Below, piece after piece: positions 17,123 to 27,907 of a stretch of 44,014 bases of DNA; the first letter of the stretch is position 1, and each line of letters begins with the position of its first letter. A program made the position numbers and the translations under genes. The notes under the pieces were generated by a model. It saw nothing but the letters and a program-made list of their open reading frames with translations, was not told the DNA's origin and made no database searches. The stretch lies in sequence record SRR31156797_2006; one strand, written 5' to 3'.

Positions 17123-18235
17123 TTATGGTCTAAGAAATCTTATATTTCCGTTTTTGTAAGGATCAATTTTCAATTGCCCGTCCGGGCAGACTCCACGAAA
17201 TGCAGGATCATTACAGTCTATCCGTTGGGAGGGTCTGTAAAGGCGTTGCTGAATAAGCTGAATTTTACGCTTACGCTTGCGGCGGAGCATATCGTCTACG
17301 TTTTTAACGTGTTCGTTCCAGCGTTTGTATGCTCGGTATGTCTTGCTGAGACTTTCGTAATCAACAGTTTCATGCTTGCGTCTGATTCCCAGCATGTTAA
17401 GCACCCTACGGGCAAAAGTTTCCTTGGGTTTAATTTTTATTTTTACCTTGGCTTTCTTGAGCCTTTCTCCGTGGCTGTCTGCTTCTTCGTCTTGTTTTTG
17501 TTCTTCCTTGATTTTGATGGCAGCAATGGTTTGCCGCAGGTCTTTGATTCGGCTGGATTTCAATTGCTCTGCTGTTTTGTCATTTTTTGAAAGCTGTTGG
17601 TAATCAAGCGATAAGAATACGTCTTGGCCGGTTTGCAACACCACCAGATCGTAGATAGATGCCATGTTCATTTCCGTATAAGGCTGATGGTAAAACAGTT
17701 CCTCTTCAACTTCCTTGATGTCTCGTTGAGTGTAGTCAAGATTGCCGCTGCGGTATGCTTCGAGGACTGCCTTTAGGGCCGGTGAGGGTTGGACTTCACG
17801 TGCTTTTACCGCCTTACCTCCAGATTTTATGATGGCAAGATCCTCTTTGCTGATCGAGTAATTAATTTTTGTTTCGGTTTTGTTGGCATGGGTCGGTAAT
17901 GTTCCGTTTTTCACCCTTTCGATGATTTCCTGTAATTCTTTTGATGGTTCTATCTCATCAGCTTTTTGTGGAGTGATCTCCTCTTTACTAGGGATAGGTG
18001 CAAGCCTTGGCTGCAGAATATCTGTATCAATGGTTTCATTGCTTTCTTCGAGGTTAAATTTCGGATCGAAGTTCTCGTCGCCATTCCGGGAAGGAGTTGT
18101 TTTGATGTGTTGAGAAGGTGCCGCCGCGCTGACTGTAGATATGAACAAGAGTAGTATCGTAGCAGTCACCGTTAATACCATGATTGTTCTTCTGCTAAGC
18201 ATTGAAATTTCTGGTGCGGATTGCCGTATGGACAT
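17123..18235 (-). CDS. Hypothetical exported protein
   Basis: 370-aa ORF with an N-terminal signal (RR..VLTVTATILLLFISTVSA); charged and helical; no recognised family. Confidence 0.65.
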   Translation of the reverse strand: MSIRQSAPEISMLSRRTIMVLTVTATILLLFISTVSAAAPSQHIKTTPSRNGDENFDPKFNLEESNETIDTDILQPRLAPIPSKEEITPQKADEIEPSKELQEIIERVKNGTLPTHANKTETKINYSISKEDLAIIKSGGKAVKAREVQPSPALKAVLEAYRSGNLDYTQRDIKEVEEELFYHQPYTEMNMASIYDLVVLQTGQDVFLSLDYQQLSKNDKTAEQLKSSRIKDLRQTIAAIKIKEEQKQDEEADSHGERLKKAKVKIKIKPKETFARRVLNMLGIRRKHETVDYESLSKTYRAYKRWNEHVKNVDDMLRRKRKRKIQLIQQRLYRPSQRIDCNDPAFRGVCPDGQLKIDPYKNGNIRFLRP

Positions 18236-18407
18236 GCTTCATCCTTGAAATATGTTGCTGTTCAGGCTGGCTTTTAGTTTTAATTAATTGTTTTATTACA
18301 AAAGAATCTTTTATCCTTTAGCAATTTATGTCAATATACGCTAAAGAGTTCGTACCTAGAAAAAATTTTCATTTATCACCTTAGAAATATTTGCTCCGGC
18401 GGAGAAT

Positions 18408-20690
18408 ATGGCCAAGTTTTTTAGAATACGAAAAGGACAGGTCCTACCATACAAGCTTCTTGTATATATATTGATTTGTAGTTCCTTTTTTACAATTCTC
18501 GGTACCAGCGTCCAGTTGTATATGGAATACCGCAGTGATGTCAGTGAGATTCAAAAAGGATTCGGGCAGATTGAACATAGTTATGTCAATACCATAGCCG
18601 CAAGTCTTTGGGATATTAATATTGACCATGTAAAAATCCAGCTTGAAGGGGCCTTGAAGCTACCGGGGATGCGGTATCTCGAGGTGGTTGAAATGTCATT
18701 CGGATCGGTTGATCCGGTTGCTTTTATCGGTAAAGTCCCTGATGGGGGCAATATAATTGAGAAAAATTTTCCACTGGTTCATGTCATTGACGGGAAAAGT
18801 GTTGAAGTAGGTCAGTTACGCGCTGTAGCTGATCTTGATAATGTTTTCAAACGGTTGCAATTAAGGGTTTTTGTGGTTCTGCTTACACAGGCCGTGAAGA
18901 CATTTTTAGTAGCTCTTTTTATCCTCATGATCATTCATTACATGGTTACCCGTCATTTGCAGACTATGGCTGAATACGCCCAGGATATGGATATCAGTAC
19001 CCTCGGCCGGGAGCTTGTGCTTAAGCGGCGCAAAAAAAACACCAAGCCGGATGAGATTGATCGGGTGGCGGAAGCATTTAATGAAATGCGTCTTAATCTG
19101 ATCAGGGATATTGCCGAGCGTAAAAAAGCGGAAGAAGCATTACGGCAATCTAATATGATTGTTGAAAAAAGTCCCATGGTTCTCTTTAAATGGAGAAACG
19201 AGTATGATTGGCCTGTGGAGCTTGTTTCCCAGAATGTCAGCCAGTTGGGATTTGATGCCGATGATTTTATGTCCGGCAGGGTGAAGTATGGTGAGGTGAT
19301 TCATCCTGATGACAAGGCTAAGGTGGAGGAAGAAGTCCAAGGATATGTTGATTCCGGTGTTGATCATTACCGGCATGAGTATCGGATCATAGATCCCACA
19401 GGCCGGGTTTACTGGATTGCTGATAGTACTGTGGTTGTCAGGGATGAATCTGGAGAAGTTACTTCTTATTTGGGCATTGCTTTTGATTTTACTGAGAAAA
19501 AGGCTGCTGAAAACGAGTTGGCCCGATTACGTAATTTACTTAAAAACACTATTGATTCCATGCCCACGATGCTGGTTGGTGTTGATGAGTCCCTGCGCAT
19601 TAATCAGTGGAACAGGTCTGCTGAAGAAGATACCGGCCTGACCTATGAACAGGTCTCGGGTACGCAATTAATGGATGTCTTTCCTCAGCTTAAAGACGAG
19701 CGGGATTTGATAATGGACTCGGTTGAAAAACTTGAGGTCCGTGAGAAGAATAAGATTCCGTTTAATTCAGATGGCCATATCCAGTATAAAAACATTAAAA
19801 TTTATCCATTGCTTGGAAGTGAAGATGGGCGTGGTGCGGTTGTCCTCATTGATGATGTGACCATGAAGTCCCGCCTTGAGGATATGATGATCCAGACCGA
19901 GAAGATGATGTCCGTGGGTGGTCTTGCTGCTGGAATGGCTCATGAAATTAATAACCCGCTGGGCGCAGTGCTTTCAGGGGTGCAGGGGACTGAAAGACGT
20001 CTTTCTCCTTCGCTGAAGAAGAATGTGGAGGTTGCTTCTGAATTGGGTTTGGATTTGAACAAGGTCCATCAATATATGGATAAGCGGGGTATTCTTGGCT
20101 ATCTGCGTGGTATCAGCGATGCCGGACGCAGAGCAGCTTCTATTGTTCGAAATATGCTTGAATTCAGCCGTAAAAGTGAGTCCTCTCGCATAAAGGTTCA
20201 GGTTAAAGGCATTCTCGAGAAATCCTTAAGTCTTGCGGAAAATGACTATGACCTTAAGAAAAAGTATGATTTTAAAGTCATTGAGATCCGCAGGGATTAT
20301 GAACAGAACCTGCCCGCCGTAAGCATTACCGAAACTGAGATTGAGCAGGTCTTTTTGAACATATTTAAAAATGCAGCTCAGGCCATGGCTGATAAGGAAT
20401 TCGCAGAAGAGCGCCCTACCTTGACCTTGAGAACCCGCAAAGACGGCGAATTTGTGCGCGTTGAAGTGGAAGATAACGGCCCGGGAATGGATGAAGATGT
20501 TCGCAAAAGGGTTTTTGAGCCGTTTTATACCACCAAGCGAGTAGGGCTTGGAACCGGACTCGGACTTTCAGTTTCTTATTTCATTATCACTCGTAACCAT
20601 GAGGGTGAATTTCTTGTAGAGTCTGAAAAAGGTAAGGGATCAAAATTCATTATCAGATTACCAGCTGGCGGGCGTCCCGAAAGCGCATAA
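18408..20690 (+). CDS. Membrane sensor histidine kinase (periplasmic sensor-HAMP-PAS-PAS-HisKA-HATPase)
   Basis: Two TMs, IHPDD PAS, GMAHEINNPL H-box, QVFLNIFKNAAQA, DNGPGM, FEPFYTTK and GTGLGL. Confidence 0.95.
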   Translation: MAKFFRIRKGQVLPYKLLVYILICSSFFTILGTSVQLYMEYRSDVSEIQKGFGQIEHSYVNTIAASLWDINIDHVKIQLEGALKLPGMRYLEVVEMSFGSVDPVAFIGKVPDGGNIIEKNFPLVHVIDGKSVEVGQLRAVADLDNVFKRLQLRVFVVLLTQAVKTFLVALFILMIIHYMVTRHLQTMAEYAQDMDISTLGRELVLKRRKKNTKPDEIDRVAEAFNEMRLNLIRDIAERKKAEEALRQSNMIVEKSPMVLFKWRNEYDWPVELVSQNVSQLGFDADDFMSGRVKYGEVIHPDDKAKVEEEVQGYVDSGVDHYRHEYRIIDPTGRVYWIADSTVVVRDESGEVTSYLGIAFDFTEKKAAENELARLRNLLKNTIDSMPTMLVGVDESLRINQWNRSAEEDTGLTYEQVSGTQLMDVFPQLKDERDLIMDSVEKLEVREKNKIPFNSDGHIQYKNIKIYPLLGSEDGRGAVVLIDDVTMKSRLEDMMIQTEKMMSVGGLAAGMAHEINNPLGAVLSGVQGTERRLSPSLKKNVEVASELGLDLNKVHQYMDKRGILGYLRGISDAGRRAASIVRNMLEFSRKSESSRIKVQVKGILEKSLSLAENDYDLKKKYDFKVIEIRRDYEQNLPAVSITETEIEQVFLNIFKNAAQAMADKEFAEERPTLTLRTRKDGEFVRVEVEDNGPGMDEDVRKRVFEPFYTTKRVGLGTGLGLSVSYFIITRNHEGEFLVESEKGKGSKFIIRLPAGGRPESA

Positions 20691-20714
20691 CTAAATAGTT
20701 AAATAAAACTTATG

Positions 20715-20749
20715 ATAAGGCCTTCCGTTTTGGCGGAAGGCCTTATTTT
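20715..20749 (+). terminator. Intrinsic terminator
   Basis: ATAAGGCCTTCCG..CGGAAGGCCTTAT followed by TTT. Confidence 0.8.
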
Positions 20750-20894
20750 GTGCTATACTGCTGTTTATACGAATTATAATTAATAGTTTTGCGCGATTCA
20801 CTTAAGTTATGTCCGTTTAGAACGATATGTAAATAATATATAATGGGTGGTGATTACATTTATTTTAGATAGAACCTGTCAGGAGGGTGCTTGA

Positions 20895-22985
20895 ATGAGA
20901 TTGGACATCAAGAATAAGCTGATACTGCTGATTCTAGCAGCTGTGTTGCTGTGTGCAGGCGGTATGGCTTCTATTTCTTTTGTGAAAATGACTGATATGG
21001 CTGAGACTGCTTTTGATGAGTCTTCACTCAGTGAATTGCAGCAGGTGGATAATTTTATATCCGAGTTTATGCATGAGGCAGAGCTGAACGCTAAATTTAT
21101 GGCTGGTGAACCGGCGGTCACTGAATCTTTTGGGAAGAACCTGAATCTGGTTCAGGATAAGAGTCTTGATGCGGTGAGAAGAGAGTGGATGAATGATAAA
21201 GCACGGGCTGCTTTTGACCTGATGGAAAGGATGGTTAAAAGTCACGATGCTTATGACTTCGCATTTTTTGGCATGGAGGACGGTGGATTCAACATGTATC
21301 CGGAGGATGGCATGCCTTCCGGTTATGATCCGAGGGCAAGACCGTGGTATACCGAAGCCATTGCGGGAGCTAAGGATACTTCCGTCAGTAAAGCATACAA
21401 GTCTACAACAGGTGTAGCAGTAAGCTCCATCACTTCCAAGATAAGAGATAACGGTCGGGTAATTGGTGTTGTCGGATTTGATATCAACTTGTCTACTCTT
21501 ACTGACGTTGTCTCGGCAATCAAGGTCGGCAAGACCGGATACATTATATTAATGGAAGGGGACAATACAATCCTCTCCGATCCATTAAATAAGGAATACG
21601 CTTTTAAACAGGCGGATAAACTTGATGATCCGGGTATGAACGAGCTGGCCGCAATGCAGGATGACTTTGCTCTGGTCAAACTCGGAGGCGAGGAAAAGTT
21701 CGTTCGTGTGTACACTTCCCCTGACCTCGGTTGGAAGATGGCTCTGCTTATTGATAAGAGTGAGATTATGGAAGGTGCTTATGATACCGTTAAGGATACT
21801 CTGCTCATGGGGCTTGGCATTGCTGTAGTGCTCTGTCTTTTTGGCTGGTTTGTCGCTAGATCTATTGCCAATCCTATTCAGATGCTTGTCGGGGCAGCGC
21901 AGTCTGTTTCCAAGGGGGATTTTGATGCCATTCCTGATGAATCCCGTTTTTCCGGAGAGCTGCTTACCCTGCAGCAGGCCTTGAAAGATATGGTTGTCGA
22001 TCTCGGTAAGTTGCTTAAGACAACCGAAGAGAAGGGACTCGAAGCAGAAGAGCAGACCAAACTTGCTAAAGAGGCTTTGGCCGAAGCGGAGGAAGCGCGA
22101 AATGCTGCTGAAAACGCCAAGCGTGAAGGTATGCTGCAGGCAGCCGGACAGTTGGAGCAGATTGTAGATCAGGTTACCAGTGCCTCTCAGGAGCTGTCCG
22201 CCCAGATAGAGCAATCCAGATCCGGTGCTGAAATCCAGCGTGAGCGTTCAGCTGAGGCTGCAACTGCCATGGAAGAGATGAATGCATCTGTTTTTGAAGT
22301 GGCACAGAACGCTTCTCAGGCTGCTGAAAGCGCAGATGATGCCCGCAAACAGGCTGATACCGGTGGTGGTATTGTTGATAATGTTATTTCCAGCATCGGT
22401 GAAGTTGATGCTGCTGCAGGTCAGATGGCCACAGGGCTTGAGAAGCTCGGTAAGAGGGCAGAGGGTATCGGGCAGGTTATGAATGTTATTACTGATATTG
22501 CTGACCAGACCAACCTGCTGGCACTTAATGCTGCAATTGAAGCAGCACGTGCCGGTGATGCTGGACGAGGATTTGCTGTTGTTGCGGATGAAGTCCGCAA
22601 GTTGGCTGAAAAAACCATGGATGCCACTAAAGAAGTAGGGGATGCCGTTTCAGCTATCCAGTCCGGAACCCGTAATAGTATTGGTGATATGGAAAAGGCT
22701 TCCGGTATGGTTGAAAGAAGTACAGCTTATGCATCAGAGGCTGGAGGATCTTTGTCCTCAATCGTAAATATTGTAGAGTCAACAGCAGATCAGGTAAGAG
22801 CTATTGCAACTGCGTCTGAGGAGCAGTCCGCCGCCTCTGAAGAGATTAACCGTAACACTGATGAAGTTAACCGCATTGCGGCTGAAACTTCACAGGCCAT
22901 GGAACAGTCATCGCAGGCAGTTCATGAGCTGTCTCGTCTTTCTGAAGACCTCAAGAATGTCATTGATGATTTGAAAAAAGTATAA
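20895..22985 (+). CDS. Methyl-accepting chemotaxis protein with a dCache sensor
   Basis: YDPRARPWY dCache motif, HAMP, and [38 protein letters not shown]. Confidence 0.97.
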   Translation: MRLDIKNKLILLILAAVLLCAGGMASISFVKMTDMAETAFDESSLSELQQVDNFISEFMHEAELNAKFMAGEPAVTESFGKNLNLVQDKSLDAVRREWMNDKARAAFDLMERMVKSHDAYDFAFFGMEDGGFNMYPEDGMPSGYDPRARPWYTEAIAGAKDTSVSKAYKSTTGVAVSSITSKIRDNGRVIGVVGFDINLSTLTDVVSAIKVGKTGYIILMEGDNTILSDPLNKEYAFKQADKLDDPGMNELAAMQDDFALVKLGGEEKFVRVYTSPDLGWKMALLIDKSEIMEGAYDTVKDTLLMGLGIAVVLCLFGWFVARSIANPIQMLVGAAQSVSKGDFDAIPDESRFSGELLTLQQALKDMVVDLGKLLKTTEEKGLEAEEQTKLAKEALAEAEEARNAAENAKREGMLQAAGQLEQIVDQVTSASQELSAQIEQSRSGAEIQRERSAEAATAMEEMNASVFEVAQNASQAAESADDARKQADTGGGIVDNVISSIGEVDAAAGQMATGLEKLGKRAEGIGQVMNVITDIADQTNLLALNAAIEAARAGDAGRGFAVVADEVRKLAEKTMDATKEVGDAVSAIQSGTRNSIGDMEKASGMVERSTAYASEAGGSLSSIVNIVESTADQVRAIATASEEQSAASEEINRNTDEVNRIAAETSQAMEQSSQAVHELSRLSEDLKNVIDDLKKV

Positions 22986-23007
22986 AACCTGAATTCAAAG
23001 CTGATTT

Positions 23008-23042
23008 AAGAGCCGCTCTCCGCACAGGGAGCGGCTTTTTTT
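23008..23042 (+). terminator. Intrinsic terminator
   Basis: AGCCGCTC..GAGCGGCT followed by a T-run. Confidence 0.8.
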
Positions 23043-23436
23043 ATTGTCCAGTGCAGCTGAGGGATATTGGTTGGATGTATTTTTGAATTATAAATTGTGG
23101 AAAAATACAGTGAAACAGTTTTGTAACATGCGAATGTGATACAAGGTGTTACATTCTGCTTTGCGATAATAGGTTTAATTAAACTGTTGTATTAAATGAT
23201 ATGCTGTATAAATGCACGTAGTGTTGGGTTGTATTTTGCTTGTTTTGTAATTAGAAGGGGTGTTTGTATTGCGATTAGTGTGTCTAAGTGGTGTTGATTT
23301 TATATAATATATTGTTGCGGTATACACTTCCTCTCTTGATATTGTTTTAAAAAGTGGTTAGGTTCCGCTCTCAAAGATATGTGCGTTTTAGAGGGGGAAT
23401 GCATAAATCCGGCCTTTACTTCAGGGGGAAAATTCT

Positions 23437-24066
23437 ATGGTATCCAGTGTTGGACTGAAAAGACGGGTTTTGCGTGATGATGTTGTAGAGCACATCGTAA
23501 GCAGCATTTTGAAAGGACACCTGAAGCCCGGGGATAAAATTATTGAAACCAGAATTTCACGGGAGCTGCAGGTCAGCCAAGGGGCTGTACGGGAGGCGAT
23601 CAGGGATTTGACCGCCAGAGGTTTTGTTGAGACCGAACCTTATAAAGGTTCCCGGGTAAAAGTCCTGTCTTCCGATGAATTGTATGATTATTTTGCTGTA
23701 CGGAGTGAGCTTGAACCTTTGGCTCTTAGCTGGGGTTATGAGTTGAACAGGATTGACGTTGACGGCCTCATGGCTTCTGTGGAGAGTATGATTGCTGGGG
23801 TTGAGCGTAAGGATATGACTGCCTTAGGGCAGGCTGATCTTGATTTCCACAGGATCATTATGGAATGTTCCGGAAACGGTTCCCTTGTACGCTCATGGGA
23901 AGCTTTAGCTAATGATTACTGGATGTTTACTCTGGTCAAGCAGTATTTGGAAGATGGCGTAGACCTGAGTGCACATGCTCAAGAACACAAAGAAATTGTT
24001 GATGCTGTTAAAGCAAGAGATCTTGAGCTTATGAAAGAGCTTCTGCGGAAACATTTTTCACTTTAA
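23437..24066 (+). CDS. GntR-family (FCD) transcriptional regulator
   Basis: LKPGDKIIE..ISRELQVSQGAVREA HTH; DLDFH..I...SGN and EH..IVDA FCD motifs. Confidence 0.93.
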   Translation: MVSSVGLKRRVLRDDVVEHIVSSILKGHLKPGDKIIETRISRELQVSQGAVREAIRDLTARGFVETEPYKGSRVKVLSSDELYDYFAVRSELEPLALSWGYELNRIDVDGLMASVESMIAGVERKDMTALGQADLDFHRIIMECSGNGSLVRSWEALANDYWMFTLVKQYLEDGVDLSAHAQEHKEIVDAVKARDLELMKELLRKHFSL

Positions 24067-24088
24067 GTTTCTCTAGTACCTTTCAATG

Positions 24089-24748
24089 TTAACGCATTGC
24101 AGCGGCTATTTTTTGTTGCTGCCCTACATATTTGTTTTGCCGGGTGGAGCGGATGAATGATTTTACTCCCTTCACCCCGTTAATACCTGCGGCTATCTGC
24201 TTGGCTTTTACCGCTTCATTTATGCTGGCAACCCTGCCCATAAGTACCACATTACATTGTACTGACTTTACAGCCACATTGGCTCCCCATACAGAATCGT
24301 CATTGAGAAGTGCGCTTTTTACCGCCATTTGGATTACGTAGTCATCTGTCTTGGCGCATGCATTTGCGTCTTCAGCGAACAGATAGGTTGTGAGTGAATT
24401 AACGTCTTTCTTTTTCCTGACAATTTTGCGGATGAGCTGAAAATCTTCCTTGTTGTCATATTCTCCGATCACATAAATGTGTCCGTTATAGGAATATGTG
24501 CTCAGGTCCATAATATTGAGCTTCTTTTCGTTGAGAATTTCAGACTGGATGCTGGTTTCAAGTATTTCGTCTTCCACGATGGTCTGGAATCCGCGCTCAT
24601 CTGTGCCGATAGCATATGCATTGTAAACGGAACCAACTGATGACGGAATCATCATCGGTCCGGGTAGTGGCGGTATGAGCACTGAAGCGGAGCATCCGCT
24701 CATGCAGGTCAGGGCTAGCAGGGCAAGGCAAAATATTAATTTCCGCAT
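24089..24748 (-). CDS. Dual BON-domain lipoprotein (DolP/OsmY-like)
   Basis: MRKLIFCLALLALTCMSGC lipobox, DER..TIVED, DDYVIQMAVKSALL, VVLMGRV and INGVKGVKSF. Confidence 0.85.
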   Translation of the reverse strand: MRKLIFCLALLALTCMSGCSASVLIPPLPGPMMIPSSVGSVYNAYAIGTDERGFQTIVEDEILETSIQSEILNEKKLNIMDLSTYSYNGHIYVIGEYDNKEDFQLIRKIVRKKKDVNSLTTYLFAEDANACAKTDDYVIQMAVKSALLNDDSVWGANVAVKSVQCNVVLMGRVASINEAVKAKQIAAGINGVKGVKSFIRSTRQNKYVGQQQKIAAAMR

Positions 24749-24788
24749 CTCATTATCATCCTTGATTAGAGTTTCTGAGTGCAGATAA

Positions 24789-24804
24789 AGCAAAAGATGT
24801 GCCG
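24789..24804 (-). promoter_or_regulatory. Sigma54 (-24/-12) promoter of the BON lipoprotein gene
   Basis: Minus strand reads CGGCACATCTTTTGCT (GG-N10-GC), about 40 nt upstream of the ATG. Confidence 0.7.
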
Positions 24805-24821
24805 TTTTGTTTTAAACGTAT

Positions 24822-26303
24822 TTAGTTAATGAAACTTAAGAGTTTACGAATTCTATTTTTATATGTGTGTTCGTTCATTATAAGCTCCTGCCAATTTTTT
24901 GAAAGCTCTTTTTTCAGTTGCGTATTGCTTTTGATGAATTCTATCTTGGCTGGCAGGTCTGCTGGTGTTTTGAAGGTGCAGTAAGTAAACAGCTCTTCCG
25001 GGAAAATGGATAACCCCGGTGTGTAGTCACTGAGCAGGAAGCCTCCGGTAGACCATACATCGAAATTGCGTTGGGTGAGGCCGCAGGGTAGGAGCGGGCT
25101 GGTCATATTCAGGTTGATTCCGGCCCCGGCGTAGATTTTCGGCAGAGCAGTGAAGTAATCCACCGGGGGGCGCAGGTCTGCTGCGGGCAGGTATTGTCTC
25201 CAGCCTTCATCTCCGAAAATAGTGAGGTCCTTTCCGGCACTCTGCAGTGACAGAATCCGCCAGAGCAGGCCAGATTGTTCAGTCCTGTATCCTGTGGTGC
25301 GAACTTCCCTTCCGGGCCAGAATTTATCAAGGCTATCTTGTTCTGCCCACCATTCAAAGTCAGGTTTTGTGCCGTTTTCGATGGCCTTTAAAGCTGCTCT
25401 TTCGTCTTCTACATTAAAAGCACAGCCTGAGAAAAAGTGATTCTTTGCTGGGAAGCTGGAGCGTCCTACGAAAACCGTGCGTTCTTCCAATGCCGGATAA
25501 TATTTTAGTTGGGATTTGAATATCTGCGGGTCGGTGGCTAGAGGCAGGTGTCCGACTTTTTTCGCTCCGTGTTTTTCAAGTGCCGGAATGAACCAGTGGT
25601 CGGTGACCATGAGCGGGACTTCCTTCCAGTAAGTTGATTTGATGCCGGATAATATATGGAAAGGATTGTCCACCATCCAGACCGCTACTTTTACCCCGGC
25701 TTCGCGGAGCATGAAAAATGTTTCGCCCGCATTATCCAGTCCGTTGAAATTTACGCTAAGGATTAGTTCCGGCAATTCGCTGCTCAGTAAGTTCAGCAGG
25801 TTCTTGCGCATTGCGTCCGGATCAATAACCTTGTAAGAGAACCCCTCGGCCTCAAAGGCGCGGCAGAGTTCCGGGACCAGCAATGAGTTGTCATCTCCCG
25901 GAATCCAAACGGTTTTACTACGGCTCTTTCGCATTATTCCGGTGCGGCCAACGGTCAGTTTGGATAGCAGAGGCTCCCAGAAAGAAGGGAATAATCTTTT
26001 GTTGGGTGTATAAAGTATTACCCGGAATTCTGAGAGGTTTCCGGCTTTATCTTTGTCCAGTTGTACGAATTTTTTCGGGAGTGTGTATCCGGTCGGCAAC
26101 TGGTTCAGCATGTCCGGGCATTCTATATAATAAATGTGATTTTCCCGGGGGAAGAGAGCGGCAGCTTGAGCTGGAGTCGGTCCGAGGCCGAGGAATAGGA
26201 TTTTCCCCTTGCCGCCGAGGTCCTGAAAATATCTTTCACCTTCGGGCAGGGATTGCTCTAAACCGGATTCGTTTTTTATGCGGATTCTTTCAGGGCGTTG
26301 CAT
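24822..26303 (-). CDS. CgeB/DUF3880-like glycosyltransferase family protein
   Basis: WMVDNP, HLPLATDP, VFVG and IY....INLN......GLTQRNFDVWSTGGFLLSD..EHTYKNR. Confidence 0.8.
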   Translation of the reverse strand: MQRPERIRIKNESGLEQSLPEGERYFQDLGGKGKILFLGLGPTPAQAAALFPRENHIYYIECPDMLNQLPTGYTLPKKFVQLDKDKAGNLSEFRVILYTPNKRLFPSFWEPLLSKLTVGRTGIMRKSRSKTVWIPGDDNSLLVPELCRAFEAEGFSYKVIDPDAMRKNLLNLLSSELPELILSVNFNGLDNAGETFFMLREAGVKVAVWMVDNPFHILSGIKSTYWKEVPLMVTDHWFIPALEKHGAKKVGHLPLATDPQIFKSQLKYYPALEERTVFVGRSSFPAKNHFFSGCAFNVEDERAALKAIENGTKPDFEWWAEQDSLDKFWPGREVRTTGYRTEQSGLLWRILSLQSAGKDLTIFGDEGWRQYLPAADLRPPVDYFTALPKIYAGAGINLNMTSPLLPCGLTQRNFDVWSTGGFLLSDYTPGLSIFPEELFTYCTFKTPADLPAKIEFIKSNTQLKKELSKNWQELIMNEHTYKNRIRKLLSFIN

Positions 26304-26411
26304 TATCGGGATACTTGGCTTGTGGGCCGTAATAAGTTAATTTTCAGTCACCTTATAACGCAGTCGGTTGCAAAAGTCTTTTGCGGATCACTGCGAAACT
26401 AAATTCAGATT

Positions 26412-27011
26412 ATGAAACAATATCGCGATCATTATTTCAAAAGGGCCAAGAAGGAAAACTATCCCGCCCGTTCCGTATACAAGCTTCAGGAACTGGACAA
26501 GCGTTTCAAGGTTTTCGCAAAAGGCCAGAATGTTATGGATCTCGGGGCTGCTCCCGGTTCATGGACCCTTTTTGCCGCCAAGAAAGTCGGGGACACCGGA
26601 CGTGTGCTTGCAGTAGATATCCAGTCCACTGATACCGTCTTTCCGGATAACGCAACTTTTCTGCAGGCCGACGTATTCGAGGATTCCCCGGAATTATTGG
26701 CAGCCATGGATAAGCAGTTGCCTTATGACCTTATCATAAGTGACATGGCGCCCAAGACAACCGGAGTAAAGTTTGCCGATCAGGCTAATTCTCTTGAGCT
26801 TTGCGAGCGTGCGCGTGATATCGTGCCTAGCAGGCTTAAAGAGGGCGGTCATTTTATCGTTAAAATTTTCGATGGACCTGACGTTAAAGGGTATACTGAC
26901 TCTCTGCGCAAGATGTTTTCCAAGGTAAAAAGATTCAAGCCAAAGAGTTGCAGAGAGGAAAGCAAGGAATTCTTTATTGTCGGACTTGGCTTTCGTGGCG
27001 TTGAAGGTTAA
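26412..27011 (+). CDS. rlmE: 23S rRNA Um2552 2'-O-methyltransferase
   Basis: [34 protein letters not shown] and [11 protein letters not shown]. Confidence 0.95.
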   Translation: MKQYRDHYFKRAKKENYPARSVYKLQELDKRFKVFAKGQNVMDLGAAPGSWTLFAAKKVGDTGRVLAVDIQSTDTVFPDNATFLQADVFEDSPELLAAMDKQLPYDLIISDMAPKTTGVKFADQANSLELCERARDIVPSRLKEGGHFIVKIFDGPDVKGYTDSLRKMFSKVKRFKPKSCREESKEFFIVGLGFRGVEG

Positions 27012-27160
27012 GAAGACTGGTTCTTTGTAATGATTATTTAGTTTTTTATGCGTAACGGCGAAGCCTATTAAAGGGTTTAAGCCGCCGGAGGCATACATAT
27101 ATAAATACTGTCCCGCCAAATTTAAGAGCGACGGGACTTTGATATTCTCAGGAGGAAAAA

Positions 27161-27907
27161 ATGGCCGGACATAGTAAATGGGCTAACATCCAGCACAGAA
27201 AAGGTAGACAGGACGCCAAGCGCGGTAAGATTTTCACCAAAATGGCAAAGGACATCATCCTTGCAGCTAAGGGCGGAGGCGATCCGGCAATGAACCCCTC
27301 TCTGCGTCTTGCCATCTCCAAGGCCAAGGGCGTGAACATGCCCAACGACAAGATCGATACCGCGATCAAAAAAGGTACCGGCGAACTGGCTGGTGGTGAT
27401 ATTTCTGAAGTCATGTACGAAGGATACGGTCCCGGCGGTGTTGCTATACTTGTTGAAGCAGCAACCGACAACAAGAACCGTACTGTTGCTGAAGTGCGTC
27501 ATGCACTGGGCAAGGCCGGTGGTTCCATGGGTGAAGCAGGTTGCGTTGCATGGATGTTCGATAAAAAAGGCGTCATGGTTTTTGATGCTGAAAAGTATAC
27601 CGAAGATCAGCTGCTGGAAATCGGCCTTGAAGGCGGTGCCGAGGATGTTATCGCTGAAGATGAATCCCTCGAAGTGCATTGCGCTCCTGAAGATTTTACC
27701 GAAGTTCAGAAGGCTTTTGAAGCTGCTGAGTGCGAAGCAAAAAGCTCCGACCTCGCTTTCGTGCCCAAGAACCTCGTTGAAGTTGACGTTCCCAACGCCA
27801 AGAAGCTCATGAATCTCATGGAAAAGCTGGAAGACAACGACGATGTACAGAATGTACACGTTAACGCTGACTTCCCTGATGAGCTCATGGCTGAAATGGA
27901 AGACTAG
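27161..27907 (+). CDS. yebC: YebC/PmpR family protein
   Basis: MAGHSKWANIQHRK, YEGYGPGG, TDNKNRT and LEDNDDVQNV. Confidence 0.97.
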   Translation: MAGHSKWANIQHRKGRQDAKRGKIFTKMAKDIILAAKGGGDPAMNPSLRLAISKAKGVNMPNDKIDTAIKKGTGELAGGDISEVMYEGYGPGGVAILVEAATDNKNRTVAEVRHALGKAGGSMGEAGCVAWMFDKKGVMVFDAEKYTEDQLLEIGLEGGAEDVIAEDESLEVHCAPEDFTEVQKAFEAAECEAKSSDLAFVPKNLVEVDVPNAKKLMNLMEKLEDNDDVQNVHVNADFPDELMAEMED

